The position numbers and the translations under genes are program-made. A stretch of 64,000 nucleotides of DNA, taken from Candidatus Saccharimonadales bacterium (lineage in GTDB: Bacteria > Patescibacteriota > UBA1384 > 2-12-FULL-50-11). The notes beneath the pieces were generated by a model. It saw nothing but the letters and a program-made list of their open reading frames with translations. It had not been told where the DNA came from and did no database searches. Location of the stretch: positions 3,857 through 67,856 of the forward strand of contig DATIHX010000009.1 in assembly GCA_035480235.1 (NCBI GenBank), in the 5' to 3' direction. Of the stretch, positions 45,216-54,189 are shown piece after piece (positions within the stretch are counted from its first letter, which is position 1; each line of letters begins with the position of its first letter).

Positions 45216-45883
45216 TGGGCAACTTACTGAAAAGCCAGCGCTTTTGGATCGCCACTGGCAGTTTTCTCGTTCTCGCCGGCGCCCTGCTGTATTTCACGTT
45301 CCCGCCGCTCTGGCGAACATTTCAGAGCCAACGCTCGCGCCTAAGCGATTTAAACGCTCAAATTAGTAGCCAAACCCAGTACATCGCTACCATCAAAAGC
45401 CTGACCGCTCAACCCGACACCGTTAACAGCTTGTACCAAAAAGCTACCGAGCTACTGCCGCCGGCGCTGGACAGCGACCTATTAGCTTTGCAGCTCGACG
45501 GCTTGCTGGCCAGTTTGAATTTAAGTAATTTGACGGTGACCGTTCCGTTCGCCGCCACCGGCACCGTCGCGCCAAGCGTTACTTTAACCGGCGCCGCCAG
45601 TTTTAGCCAAGCCCAAACGCTGATCGCCGCCTTAAAAACCTTCGGCCGCTGGAACAAAATCACCTCCATCGACCTAGCTCAAACCGGCCAAAATTCCACC
45701 GTCACCGTCAGCACTAGCGTTTTTTTCCGGGCCGCTAAAGCGCCGGAATTTAGCGGCAGCAACACTAAACTCCTCACCCAAGCGGCGACGCTCTTCAAGG
45801 GTTATCAGACCTACGCCACCGCCCCGAACGTCACCCAAGAAGGCGACTTTGGCCGGACCGACCCGTTTGCCAGCACGCCCTAG
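45215..45883 (+). CDS. pilO: PilO-like protein
   Basis: N-terminal TM helix plus a coiled segment. The ATG overlaps the pilN stop. Assignment is positional. Confidence 0.5.
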   Translation: MGNLLKSQRFWIATGSFLVLAGALLYFTFPPLWRTFQSQRSRLSDLNAQISSQTQYIATIKSLTAQPDTVNSLYQKATELLPPALDSDLLALQLDGLLASLNLSNLTVTVPFAATGTVAPSVTLTGAASFSQAQTLIAALKTFGRWNKITSIDLAQTGQNSTVTVSTSVFFRAAKAPEFSGSNTKLLTQAATLFKGYQTYATAPNVTQEGDFGRTDPFASTP

Positions 45884-45884
45884 A

Positions 45885-47234
45885 TTACGATTCTTCTCGG
45901 ATGTCGGCGCCAAGCGAAACAAGTTTTTCGGTTAAATTCTCATAACCACGGTAGAGCGTCCGATAGCCATTGAGCGTCGAAGGCCCCTGCGCGGTCAAGG
46001 CAGCAATCACATACGAGAAGCCAGCGCGGAGGTCGGGAACGGTGATCTCGGCGCCGTGGAGCGGCGTCGGGCCGGTCACGGTGGCACTGTGAAGGTGATT
46101 CAAGCCGGCAAAACGGCATTCCTTCGAGCCTAAGCATTGCGGGTAAAGCTGAATTTGGGCGCCCATTTGGTTTAAGGCCTCGATGTAGCCAAAGCGGTTT
46201 TCGTAAACCGTCTCGTGAACTACCGAGCTGCCTTTGGCCTGGGTTAGCAATACGACAAACGGCTGTTGGTAGTCGGTGGCAAAGCCCGGGTGGACGTCGG
46301 TTTCCAGGGAAATTGACCGGAGCTCGCCCGCAGCCCGGAAAAATTCGATCCCCTCATCGGTGACCGCAAATTCGCCGCCGACTTGGCGGAGTTTGTTTAA
46401 GAAGGTCATGAGGTCGAGTTGGCGAGCGCCGCGCACAAAAATTCGGCCGTTCGTTGCCACCGCCGCACAAGCCCACGAAGCCGCTTCCAACCGATCGGGC
46501 ATTGCCGTATGTTTGTAGCCGTGAAGTATTTCGACGCCGTTAATCGTAATTACTCGATCAGTGTTGACGGCGATAATCGCGCCCATTTTTTGCAAAACCG
46601 CGATTAAGTCGATTATTTCGGGCTCGACGGCGGCGTTGGAAAGTTCGGTAATACCTTCGGCCAACACACTGGCGAGTAGCACTTGTTCAGTCGCGCCGAC
46701 GCTCGGGTAGTCGAGGTGGATTTTAGCGCCAACCAATCTTTTGGCTTTTAAATAAAAATGTTCGTCGCGCTCTTCGATCTGGGCGCCGAGTTCCTTCAAG
46801 GCCTGGAGGTGAAAATTAATCGGCCGCAAACCGATGTTGCAGCCGCCGGGCATCGGAATAATCGCTTCGCCGAGCCGGGCCAGCATCGGGCCACAAACCA
46901 GCGGCGGAATCCGGCTTTTCTTGCCGAACGGCAGTAGCTCTTGAGCCGGCGGGAGTTTTAAGTTCTTAGGGTTGATTGTTAACGTGTGACCGTCGCGTTC
47001 CACCGCCGCGCCCAGGGCCCCCAACATGCCGGTCATAATCTCCACGTCCTCAATGAGCGAGATGTTGGTGAGTGTGGATGGCTCAGCCGACAGTAACGCC
47101 GCCACCATATCTTTGGAAACAGTATTTTTGGCGCCGCGCAAGGTAATTTCGCCTTTCAATGGCCGGCCGCCGGTAATTCTCACCACGTCAGTTGGCGCGA
47201 TCGCGGGAGAGGAGCCAGAGAGCGCAGCGCCCAC
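45885..47234 (-). CDS. murA: UDP-N-acetylglucosamine 1-carboxyvinyltransferase
   Basis: GRPLKGEITLRGAKN...PGGCNIGLRPI... EPSP-synthase-fold signature. AAGGAG RBS and GTG start at 47234. Confidence 0.92.
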   Translation of the reverse strand: MGAALSGSSPAIAPTDVVRITGGRPLKGEITLRGAKNTVSKDMVAALLSAEPSTLTNISLIEDVEIMTGMLGALGAAVERDGHTLTINPKNLKLPPAQELLPFGKKSRIPPLVCGPMLARLGEAIIPMPGGCNIGLRPINFHLQALKELGAQIEERDEHFYLKAKRLVGAKIHLDYPSVGATEQVLLASVLAEGITELSNAAVEPEIIDLIAVLQKMGAIIAVNTDRVITINGVEILHGYKHTAMPDRLEAASWACAAVATNGRIFVRGARQLDLMTFLNKLRQVGGEFAVTDEGIEFFRAAGELRSISLETDVHPGFATDYQQPFVVLLTQAKGSSVVHETVYENRFGYIEALNQMGAQIQLYPQCLGSKECRFAGLNHLHSATVTGPTPLHGAEITVPDLRAGFSYVIAALTAQGPSTLNGYRTLYRGYENLTEKLVSLGADIREES

Positions 47235-47236
47235 CG

Positions 47237-47665
47237 TTACTCCTTGGTTTCGGGAGTTGGCTGGGCAGCCGGGGCGCCGGCCGCGTGTTTTTCCAGAACC
47301 GCTTTAACTTTGGCGATGACGTCGCCCGGCATTGTCTCGGATTTGACGATGTAGTCGTCGGCGCCGCGAGTGATGCTCTCCATTTTTTCCCGGTCTTGAA
47401 TTAGGGCGGTCAAAACGATTACCGGAATGCCCTTGGTGCCGTCTTGCTCGCGCATTTTTTTCAGCACATCCAGGCCGTTAATTTTCGGCATCATCACGTC
47501 GAGAAGCACAATATTCGGACGCAGATCGGTGGCCTTTTGCAAGGCCTCTTCGCCGTCTTTGGCGGTCTCCACCACGAAGCCTTCGGCCTTTAGCCGCTCG
47601 GCGTACATTTCGCGCAAGGTTAAATCGTCGTCAACCAGTAAGATACTTTTGCCCGTCTCTGCCAT
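47237..47665 (-). CDS. receiver-only response regulator
   Basis: ILLVDDD...VLLDVMMPKINGLDVLKKMR...VIVLTA. No output domain. Confidence 0.85.
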   Translation of the reverse strand: MAETGKSILLVDDDLTLREMYAERLKAEGFVVETAKDGEEALQKATDLRPNIVLLDVMMPKINGLDVLKKMREQDGTKGIPVIVLTALIQDREKMESITRGADDYIVKSETMPGDVIAKVKAVLEKHAAGAPAAQPTPETKE

Positions 47666-47705
47666 AGTTCTTTCAAGTTAGCATATTCTGCCCGGCCCGC
47701 AAGAG

Positions 47706-50006
47706 TTAAGAAGTTTGCTTGCTGGAGGCCGTGATAATCGCCGGCACTTCCTTGCCGGTCGCCGCCACCACCTTCGGCGCCGAGAGCGGGCCGTCCAAAA
47801 TCGCCCCTTCAATTTGTTTCGGCGCTTCCGTCACGATCGGCAATTCAAAACTGAACGTGGCGCCTTGGCCGGCATCACTTTCCACACTCAAGCGGCCTTT
47901 GTGCAGCTCCACAAAGTTTTTGGAGATATACAAGCCCAGCCCGGTGCCTTGATGTTCGTCCACTTCGCGGTGAATTTGGGAAAATTTTTGGAAAAGTTTT
48001 TTCTGGTCTTCTTTGGCGATGCCGCGGCCGGTATCGGTGACGGAACCAACGATCGTGTTGCCTTCGCCCTTGGCGATCTTGATCGTGACGCCGCCTTTTT
48101 CGGTAAACTTAATGGCGTTGCCAGCCAGATTCACAAAGACCTCGCGGATCCGGTCGGGGTCGCACCACGTCAACGGGATTTTGCCTTTGTCCGCCTCAAC
48201 TTTCAGATAAATTTTCTTAGCGTCGGCCTTAATCTGGAGCTCGTGAATCACCGACTCGGCCAAGTCCGCCAAATTCACCTGAACAAACTTCATCTTCAGC
48301 CGGCCTTGCTCAATTCTAGAAACGTTCAGCAGGTCCAAAATTAATTCTGCCAAACGCTTGGAGCTGGCGTAGGCCCGAGACAGGTATTCCTTGGTTTTGG
48401 CGTCGATTTTGCCGCCCATATGCTCGTCCAGAATCATCGACAAGTAGCCCTCAATGGCGGCCAGCGGCGTGTTCAATTCGTGCGAGGCCATGGAGATAAA
48501 TTCGTCTTTCATTTTATCCAGTTGCGAGAGGTACTCGTTGGCGTCCTTCAGTTGCTGGAAGGCTTCGGCTCGTTGAACAGCCAGGCTCATCTCGTCAGCC
48601 ACCGACTTAGCGATCTCAAAATTTTTGCCGTGAATTTGGTCGCGACTGGCGCTAAAGACAAACAGTAACACGCCAAACGGCGCCCCACCGGCGTAGAGCG
48701 GGAAGGCTTCCATATGTTTGGCGCCGATAATCTTCTGCAAGGTCATCGCCACTGGTTTAGCGATCGGTGGCGAGATGAAATCGGCCAGCGAGTCGGAATC
48801 GAGTGAGGCTTTCGTCACCAGCGCGGTGTGAAGGCGATTGAAATCTTTTTTGATCGGGAAGGAATACTTTTCCAAATCAGTGCCGATGGCATGGTAAATT
48901 TTGTCGTTGAAGTGGTTGGTCGTTAAGGCGTAAGCCATCAGCTCGCCTTTGCGAACGATCGAGAGAAAACCGCCGATGCAATTATCCAGTTGTTTGGGTA
49001 ACTCGTCCAAAATTTTCTGGGTCATCAGCTTCATCTCGCTTTCGTTCAAGACGATATCGGAAATCTTCTGCAGCGCCCGGAGGTTTTTATTTCTTTGTTC
49101 CAACTCCGTTAACGCCGCCGTCTTCTCCCCGGCCAGTTTTTCGATTTCCTCGCGGCGAAATACTTCGTTCCTCACAGATCTAATCAAAAAGAAACTTACG
49201 AGCGATGAGGCGCAAAGAATTATTCCTTCAAATATAAAGTCCGTAGTAGTATTTGAGGTTAAGAATCTGCCCAAAATAACCAAAAGTAGGATGCCAACGA
49301 AAAGCTCGGTAGCAAGTACTTTTACATTGAATAGTTTGTACCTAGTCATCGCGATAGTAGTCGTCGTTAGGAAGATTGTGATCGAATAAATCCCAAGTCT
49401 CGGGATAAAGCTGCTTACAGAATAGACCTGGGGAATAATTAGATTTGTAGTAACAGCTACCAGAGCGGAAACTGCTAAGCCAAACATAATATACTTAAGC
49501 TGAGTCCTCTTACCGTCGCTACTTCTCCTAAAAGCAACAAAAAGTGCGTAAGTACCCAAAGAGAAGTTGGCTATTAATGCGATCGTGTACCAAACATATA
49601 GTCCTCCCTGGAAAATTTTTATTGACGCCCCGTTAACATTCTCAATTGAAGAAACGACGTTGTTCGATATTACGGCCCATACAAAAAATATCGCCAATCC
49701 AATCAATAAGTATTTAATCGTATTCCTGAACTTTTTGTTTATCTCAACAAATGAAGCGGTAAAAAAAAGAAAAACTACGCTTATTAAAAAAGCTGCACTG
49801 AAGTCTGCGTTGACCAGTAGGGGCTTAATTGAAAAAGACACTGGCTGCTCTTCAAAGAAAGTAGCAACTGCCCAAAGGGCGATTAAGAGAGACATCACGA
49901 AGAATAGTTTATTTCTCACCGATTTCTTATCGCTGGCGAGCGAAATGAATGACAAGAAAACGCAAATAATAACAATGATCGTGAGTAATGCTTCCTGAAT
50001 CGTCAT
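47706..50006 (-). CDS. sensor histidine kinase with a polytopic N-terminal sensor
   Basis: H-box MASHELNTPL and an HATPase region (NLAGNAIKFT, DTGRGI, GTGLGLYI). There are about 8 N-terminal TM helices. The ATG overlaps the GNAT stop (ATGA). Confidence 0.85.
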   Translation of the reverse strand: MTIQEALLTIIVIICVFLSFISLASDKKSVRNKLFFVMSLLIALWAVATFFEEQPVSFSIKPLLVNADFSAAFLISVVFLFFTASFVEINKKFRNTIKYLLIGLAIFFVWAVISNNVVSSIENVNGASIKIFQGGLYVWYTIALIANFSLGTYALFVAFRRSSDGKRTQLKYIMFGLAVSALVAVTTNLIIPQVYSVSSFIPRLGIYSITIFLTTTTIAMTRYKLFNVKVLATELFVGILLLVILGRFLTSNTTTDFIFEGIILCASSLVSFFLIRSVRNEVFRREEIEKLAGEKTAALTELEQRNKNLRALQKISDIVLNESEMKLMTQKILDELPKQLDNCIGGFLSIVRKGELMAYALTTNHFNDKIYHAIGTDLEKYSFPIKKDFNRLHTALVTKASLDSDSLADFISPPIAKPVAMTLQKIIGAKHMEAFPLYAGGAPFGVLLFVFSASRDQIHGKNFEIAKSVADEMSLAVQRAEAFQQLKDANEYLSQLDKMKDEFISMASHELNTPLAAIEGYLSMILDEHMGGKIDAKTKEYLSRAYASSKRLAELILDLLNVSRIEQGRLKMKFVQVNLADLAESVIHELQIKADAKKIYLKVEADKGKIPLTWCDPDRIREVFVNLAGNAIKFTEKGGVTIKIAKGEGNTIVGSVTDTGRGIAKEDQKKLFQKFSQIHREVDEHQGTGLGLYISKNFVELHKGRLSVESDAGQGATFSFELPIVTEAPKQIEGAILDGPLSAPKVVAATGKEVPAIITASSKQTS

Positions 50007-50671
50007 AATTTAAAAATTAACGCCCCAAAACTGCCAATTATTTTACCTAGAGTACGATTTCTAAGGTAGAATGGGTTTTTCCAGTAACACAGAACACCGT
50101 AATTAAGGCTGTCAGGATCAGGAAAATACTCAGGGATTAGCTTGATTAAGCTCAGTCTATTTCTCTCATAGAACCTCAATTCACTATCAATTAGCTTACC
50201 ATCATCACCGCGTTTAGTAATATATTCTTCCGCCGAGATGTCTTTATGGTGAAGGTGATAATCTGGCATGCGTGCACCGAGTACCCCACCTTTTAGATTT
50301 CTCCTGATAGCCATTTTTCCTATCTCTAGAAGAAGGCCCTTACCGATTCCGGCCTTTCGGTGACTTGGCATTACGCTCAAGTCAACCCCGAAGAGCACGT
50401 CACCCCTTTCGTCGTGAGTGGTTATTAGCCCCTCACCACTAATTTCTGCCCAACTATGTCTGACCCTAGTCAGCTCACCCAAATCAACTATTTCAGCCAT
50501 AACAGCCCCAACCAAAGTTGTATTATCGAAGGCAGCAATTACACCAGAAGGAAAGATATTAATCCTACTTTTCAACTGTTCTTCCGAAGCTCCTTCGCCT
50601 TTCGGCCAAGCTTCGCGCTCCAGTTTTAATAAGCCGTTTAAATCAGCCAATGTTGCTTGTCGATATTCCAT
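50003..50671 (-). CDS. GNAT-family N-acetyltransferase
   Basis: LSVMPSHRKAGIGKGLLLEI acetyl-CoA-binding-type motif. Confidence 0.75.
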   Translation of the reverse strand: MEYRQATLADLNGLLKLEREAWPKGEGASEEQLKSRINIFPSGVIAAFDNTTLVGAVMAEIVDLGELTRVRHSWAEISGEGLITTHDERGDVLFGVDLSVMPSHRKAGIGKGLLLEIGKMAIRRNLKGGVLGARMPDYHLHHKDISAEEYITKRGDDGKLIDSELRFYERNRLSLIKLIPEYFPDPDSLNYGVLCYWKNPFYLRNRTLGKIIGSFGALIFKL

Positions 50672-51128
50672 GCTTTCCGACTTCGATTACAGAGAAAGTT
50701 ATGATTAGAACGATTACTAACTCAACCAAGAGGAGCAAGGTTAGTGAAAAAGGGATTTTGCCCCAACCAACTGCTAGTACGTAAATCCATGGGATAGCAG
50801 CTGCAATTCTATTTAAGAAAAAACCGAAAAAGAATGAATTGAATTCAAAGTTAACTTTTTTGAACTCGAAAGTTAGTATTTGCTTTAGCGACATCTTTAA
50901 TATTCCGCTCGCCTTTAGCATGATAATTATTCCAACGTTGAAGGCGACCTCTGCGATAACTAAGATGGAGGTTAGTAATTCTGGGTTAATTCCATACTGT
51001 GCTGAGAATGCTTCCTTATGAATATTTGCATCAAAAAATAGAAAAATAATACTGACTAAAACTAGAATGGTAATTGACGTCTTCAGCTTCCTCAACATCT
51101 CTTTCCAATCTACTTCCCTCTGACCCAA
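50643..51128 (-). CDS. hypothetical polytopic membrane protein
   Basis: 161 aa with 4-5 TM helices. Very AT-rich. Overlaps the GNAT start. Confidence 0.55.
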   Translation of the reverse strand: MGQREVDWKEMLRKLKTSITILVLVSIIFLFFDANIHKEAFSAQYGINPELLTSILVIAEVAFNVGIIIMLKASGILKMSLKQILTFEFKKVNFEFNSFFFGFFLNRIAAAIPWIYVLAVGWGKIPFSLTLLLLVELVIVLIITFSVIEVGKHGISTSNIG

Positions 51129-51218
51129 CAGTCAAAACAGGATTTTACGCAGAATTATTTTTCCGTTACGTTGAGCTTGCCGCACTTTACGGCGGACATG
51201 AACATTCTGGAGGAGATT

Positions 51219-52976
51219 ATGCGTCAACTCGCAATTCTCGGCCTTATTATTAGCCTTATCCTCGCCGGCTGCGGCGGAGGCGGCAGCTCGGCTTCAGGCA
51301 ATACCGGCCATCACTACGACTTCACGCCTAACCAAGCCTTGAACGCCCCGATTACACAAGGCCTCGTTAGCCTGCCGGGCGAAACGTTCAGCCAAGCTTG
51401 CTCAATTAATGTGACCGAGGAAAACGCCCCGCAGCTACCGCAATCGCACCAGATTGCCGACCAGCCGAAGCTAACCCTCGCGCTACCCACCCTGCCCGCC
51501 GCCACCATTACTGTTAGCTACCCGGATAGCCACCCGGAACTGCCGAATCTTTCGGCGGCTGCCTGGTTTGGTTCAAGATTGGTCGGTACCTTTGGGGTGA
51601 TTCGTCAAAACGGCCGCGTGATCGTTCAACTCGACCCGGAACGACTGACCAAGATGGCCGGCGCCGGGCCGCAAAAGCGCAACAACTCGATCGTCATCTC
51701 GCTACTGCTCAGCTTCCTGACCATCATCGACTCACCCGATCAAAGCCCAAGCTTGGAGCAAGTTGGTTTAGAAACCGACCGAAGCCGGGTGGCAATTTTC
51801 ACCCATGGCTTGCTCCAACAGGGCCGCGACCTGACTCCCAGCGCCCAACGGGCCCAAACCATCGCCAATTACAGCGCCGTCTATGTGTACCGTTACCCCT
51901 ACGACGAACCAGTCGCCCAAGCCGGTCATGATCTAGCAGTTCTGATCCGGCAGCTTAACCTGCCGGCAAAATCGGCGGTTTTGTGGGGCTACTCGAAGGG
52001 AGCGCTGGTTAATCTCTGGACGTTAGTGATGGAACAGGAAACCGCCACCACCAAACAAGCGGTCTTTTTAGCTGGCCCGTTCGAGGGCTGCCGATTAGAC
52101 TTGCTGGGGCTCTACCTGTTTCTGGGCACAGACTTCTTTACTTCCGACGCCGCTGTGCCGTTTCTTCAGAACCCGAACGACAACTGTTTGGCCGAACTGC
52201 TGCCCGGCAGCGATCCGCTCAGCAGTTTAATGGGCGCCACGGGCGGCCAGCACGGCGACGTTGATTACTACTTCTTCGCCGGCGGCTCCGACGATGTCGT
52301 CGGCCCGGCTTCCGCCCAGTTTGCCAGCTCTAAAACGGCTGAAAACCTGACCAGCGGCGGTGTCTACCGGGGAACGATCCCCAATCGGGGTCACCTAGCG
52401 ATGGACGAGCCGGACGTTATTAGCACCGCCCTCGGCCAAATGTCCGAGGAACGGAGCGATGTGAGCGTTAGGGCAACCGTCAACGGCCACATCGTGACCA
52501 ACGTCGTCGCTGACGGCACCGATGGCAGTTGGCACTACCAGCTCGTACTGCGTAACAGTAGTAGCGAATCGGTCACTGTCCGATCGCTGCAAATGGAGTA
52601 TTACGACCGTTACGCCAACCATACTTCCCAAGACCAATGGTACGCTCGCATCAGCGGCGGCGAGGTCTTCCCTACCCAATACGTCGCCTGGAATCAACCA
52701 CTCGCGGCTAACCAGGTGCTCGACCCAAACATCAGCCTCCAAACTTGGGCCGGCGGCCCAAACGTGCCGGTTTGGAATTACGGCCAAGACCGTTGGGCCT
52801 TAACGGTGCACTACACCGTCATCGCCATCGGCGACCAAACCCACCGGCTCTACAAAAATCATTGGGATGTTGGTTGCGCCTACGGCGGTGTTTCACCAGT
52901 TTGGCCGCTCAACACTCGAGCAGTTCAAGGCCCGGCGACCGGCGCTCGGCCCAGCTCCACCCAGTTAAGCCACTAA
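51219..52976 (+). CDS. lipoprotein with an alpha/beta-hydrolase-like GxSxG signature
   Basis: GGAGGAG RBS. Signal peptide plus lipobox ILAGC. Motifs VAIFTHGL and LWGYSKGALV. Start trimmed from 51171. Confidence 0.6.
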   Translation: MRQLAILGLIISLILAGCGGGGSSASGNTGHHYDFTPNQALNAPITQGLVSLPGETFSQACSINVTEENAPQLPQSHQIADQPKLTLALPTLPAATITVSYPDSHPELPNLSAAAWFGSRLVGTFGVIRQNGRVIVQLDPERLTKMAGAGPQKRNNSIVISLLLSFLTIIDSPDQSPSLEQVGLETDRSRVAIFTHGLLQQGRDLTPSAQRAQTIANYSAVYVYRYPYDEPVAQAGHDLAVLIRQLNLPAKSAVLWGYSKGALVNLWTLVMEQETATTKQAVFLAGPFEGCRLDLLGLYLFLGTDFFTSDAAVPFLQNPNDNCLAELLPGSDPLSSLMGATGGQHGDVDYYFFAGGSDDVVGPASAQFASSKTAENLTSGGVYRGTIPNRGHLAMDEPDVISTALGQMSEERSDVSVRATVNGHIVTNVVADGTDGSWHYQLVLRNSSSESVTVRSLQMEYYDRYANHTSQDQWYARISGGEVFPTQYVAWNQPLAANQVLDPNISLQTWAGGPNVPVWNYGQDRWALTVHYTVIAIGDQTHRLYKNHWDVGCAYGGVSPVWPLNTRAVQGPATGARPSSTQLSH

Positions 52977-53005
52977 ACTCTATCTCCGTTGCGAAACGGA
53001 GATTT

Positions 53006-53653
53006 TTAATACTGGTGCTGATGGTAGAGCGCGGCGATCTTGCCCATAATCACCGCGGTCGCCGCGGTCGTGTTCTCATCCGAGAAATCCAAATAATAGG
53101 TGTTGTTGAGGTAAAACGGTTCACCGATGTTTATGACGATATGCGGCCGAGTAAAAATAAATTTGAAGGGGTTAAGACCGGCTGGGGTGTGCAGGCTGAT
53201 TGGCACCAACTGAGCCCGGGTAGTTAGCGCCAAAATCGCCGCGCCGCGCCGGCCGCTGCCGAGCGCTCCGCGTTCAGGGAAAATGTGGGCTTCCGGAAAC
53301 ATCACCAAGCCGCCCTTATTTTCCAGGATCTTCACCGGGCCAAGCAGCGTTCGGCCGATCCCTTGTTTTTTTCGGGCCCGGAACGAGCCGAGCAGCCAAA
53401 TTAATAAGTTAAACCCCGGGATCCAAAAGAGCTGGTCTTTGGCCATAAACCGAATCGGAAAAAGCTTTGGCTGGTACAGCATCGCCACGCCAACCAGCGG
53501 CGGATCCAGGTGGCTTTCATGGTTAGCCACAATAATAAACGGCCGGCGAATTTCGCGTAAATTCTCCCGGCCATTAACTTCAAAACGGGTAAAAATTTTT
53601 AGTACGATCCAAACTACCGCCGTCGAGACAAACTGAAAAAAGGCGATAACCAT
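53006..53653 (-). CDS. plsC: 1-acyl-sn-glycerol-3-phosphate acyltransferase
   Basis: NHESHLDP (HX4D) and a FPEA(H)IFP block. Confidence 0.85.
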   Translation of the reverse strand: MVIAFFQFVSTAVVWIVLKIFTRFEVNGRENLREIRRPFIIVANHESHLDPPLVGVAMLYQPKLFPIRFMAKDQLFWIPGFNLLIWLLGSFRARKKQGIGRTLLGPVKILENKGGLVMFPEAHIFPERGALGSGRRGAAILALTTRAQLVPISLHTPAGLNPFKFIFTRPHIVINIGEPFYLNNTYYLDFSDENTTAATAVIMGKIAALYHQHQY

Positions 53654-53661
53654 CTAAGCTA

Positions 53662-53691
53662 TTGTAACCCGGAAATTTGCGGGCGTATAAT
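53662..53691 (+). promoter_or_regulatory. promoter placed for a leaderless transcript
   Basis: TTGTAA, 18 nt, TATAAT, then 6 nt to the ATG at 53698. Confidence 0.5.
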
Positions 53692-53697
53692 CATGGC

Positions 53698-54189
53698 ATG
53701 GATAGTGCGAATAGCGAATATATGGTTTTGCGCGGCGAAATTACCGCCCGGGCGAAAACCGCTCACGATGTTCTGAACGTCGCGACAGTGCTGAGCTTTC
53801 TGGCCGTTGCCGTTGGCTTTGTCGCCCAATGGTTCGGCGAGCTTCAAACCTTCTTGCTGTTTTTACCGGTGGTTTTCGGGTTTTTAACCTTCAACTATCA
53901 AACCAACCAATGGACGCTTTTTGCCCTGGCCCGCTACCTGCGCGACCAAAGTTCCAGCAAATCCATGGCTGTCGGCTGGGAAAATTACGTCGTCGCCGAG
54001 CGAGCTAAGAGCCATCATTTACTCAGCTTTTTAGCCCTCTTGCCGCTAATTTTGCCGCTTTTGCTACCGCTTTTCGTTTGGTGGCTCTACGGTGATTCCG
54101 CTTCAACGCTCGATACAGCCCTAACGACGATCGACCTAATAATTCTGGCGCTGGCTATCTTTAACTTTCGCTACCTGCTCAAAAAGTAA
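53698..54189 (+). CDS. hypothetical membrane protein
   Basis: Multiple TM helices. Start moved to the ATG at 53698 because of the adjacent TATAAT. Confidence 0.5.
   Translation: MDSANSEYMVLRGEITARAKTAHDVLNVATVLSFLAVAVGFVAQWFGELQTFLLFLPVVFGFLTFNYQTNQWTLFALARYLRDQSSSKSMAVGWENYVVAERAKSHHLLSFLALLPLILPLLLPLFVWWLYGDSASTLDTALTTIDLIILALAIFNFRYLLKK

Larger units (their letters stand above)
49150..51150. other. low-GC compositional island (kinase sensor domain + GNAT + membrane protein)
   Basis: Hand counts of 60-nt samples gave 22/60 G+C at 50701-50760 and 15/60 at 50821-50880. Flanking sequence is visibly near half G+C. Confidence 0.6.
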
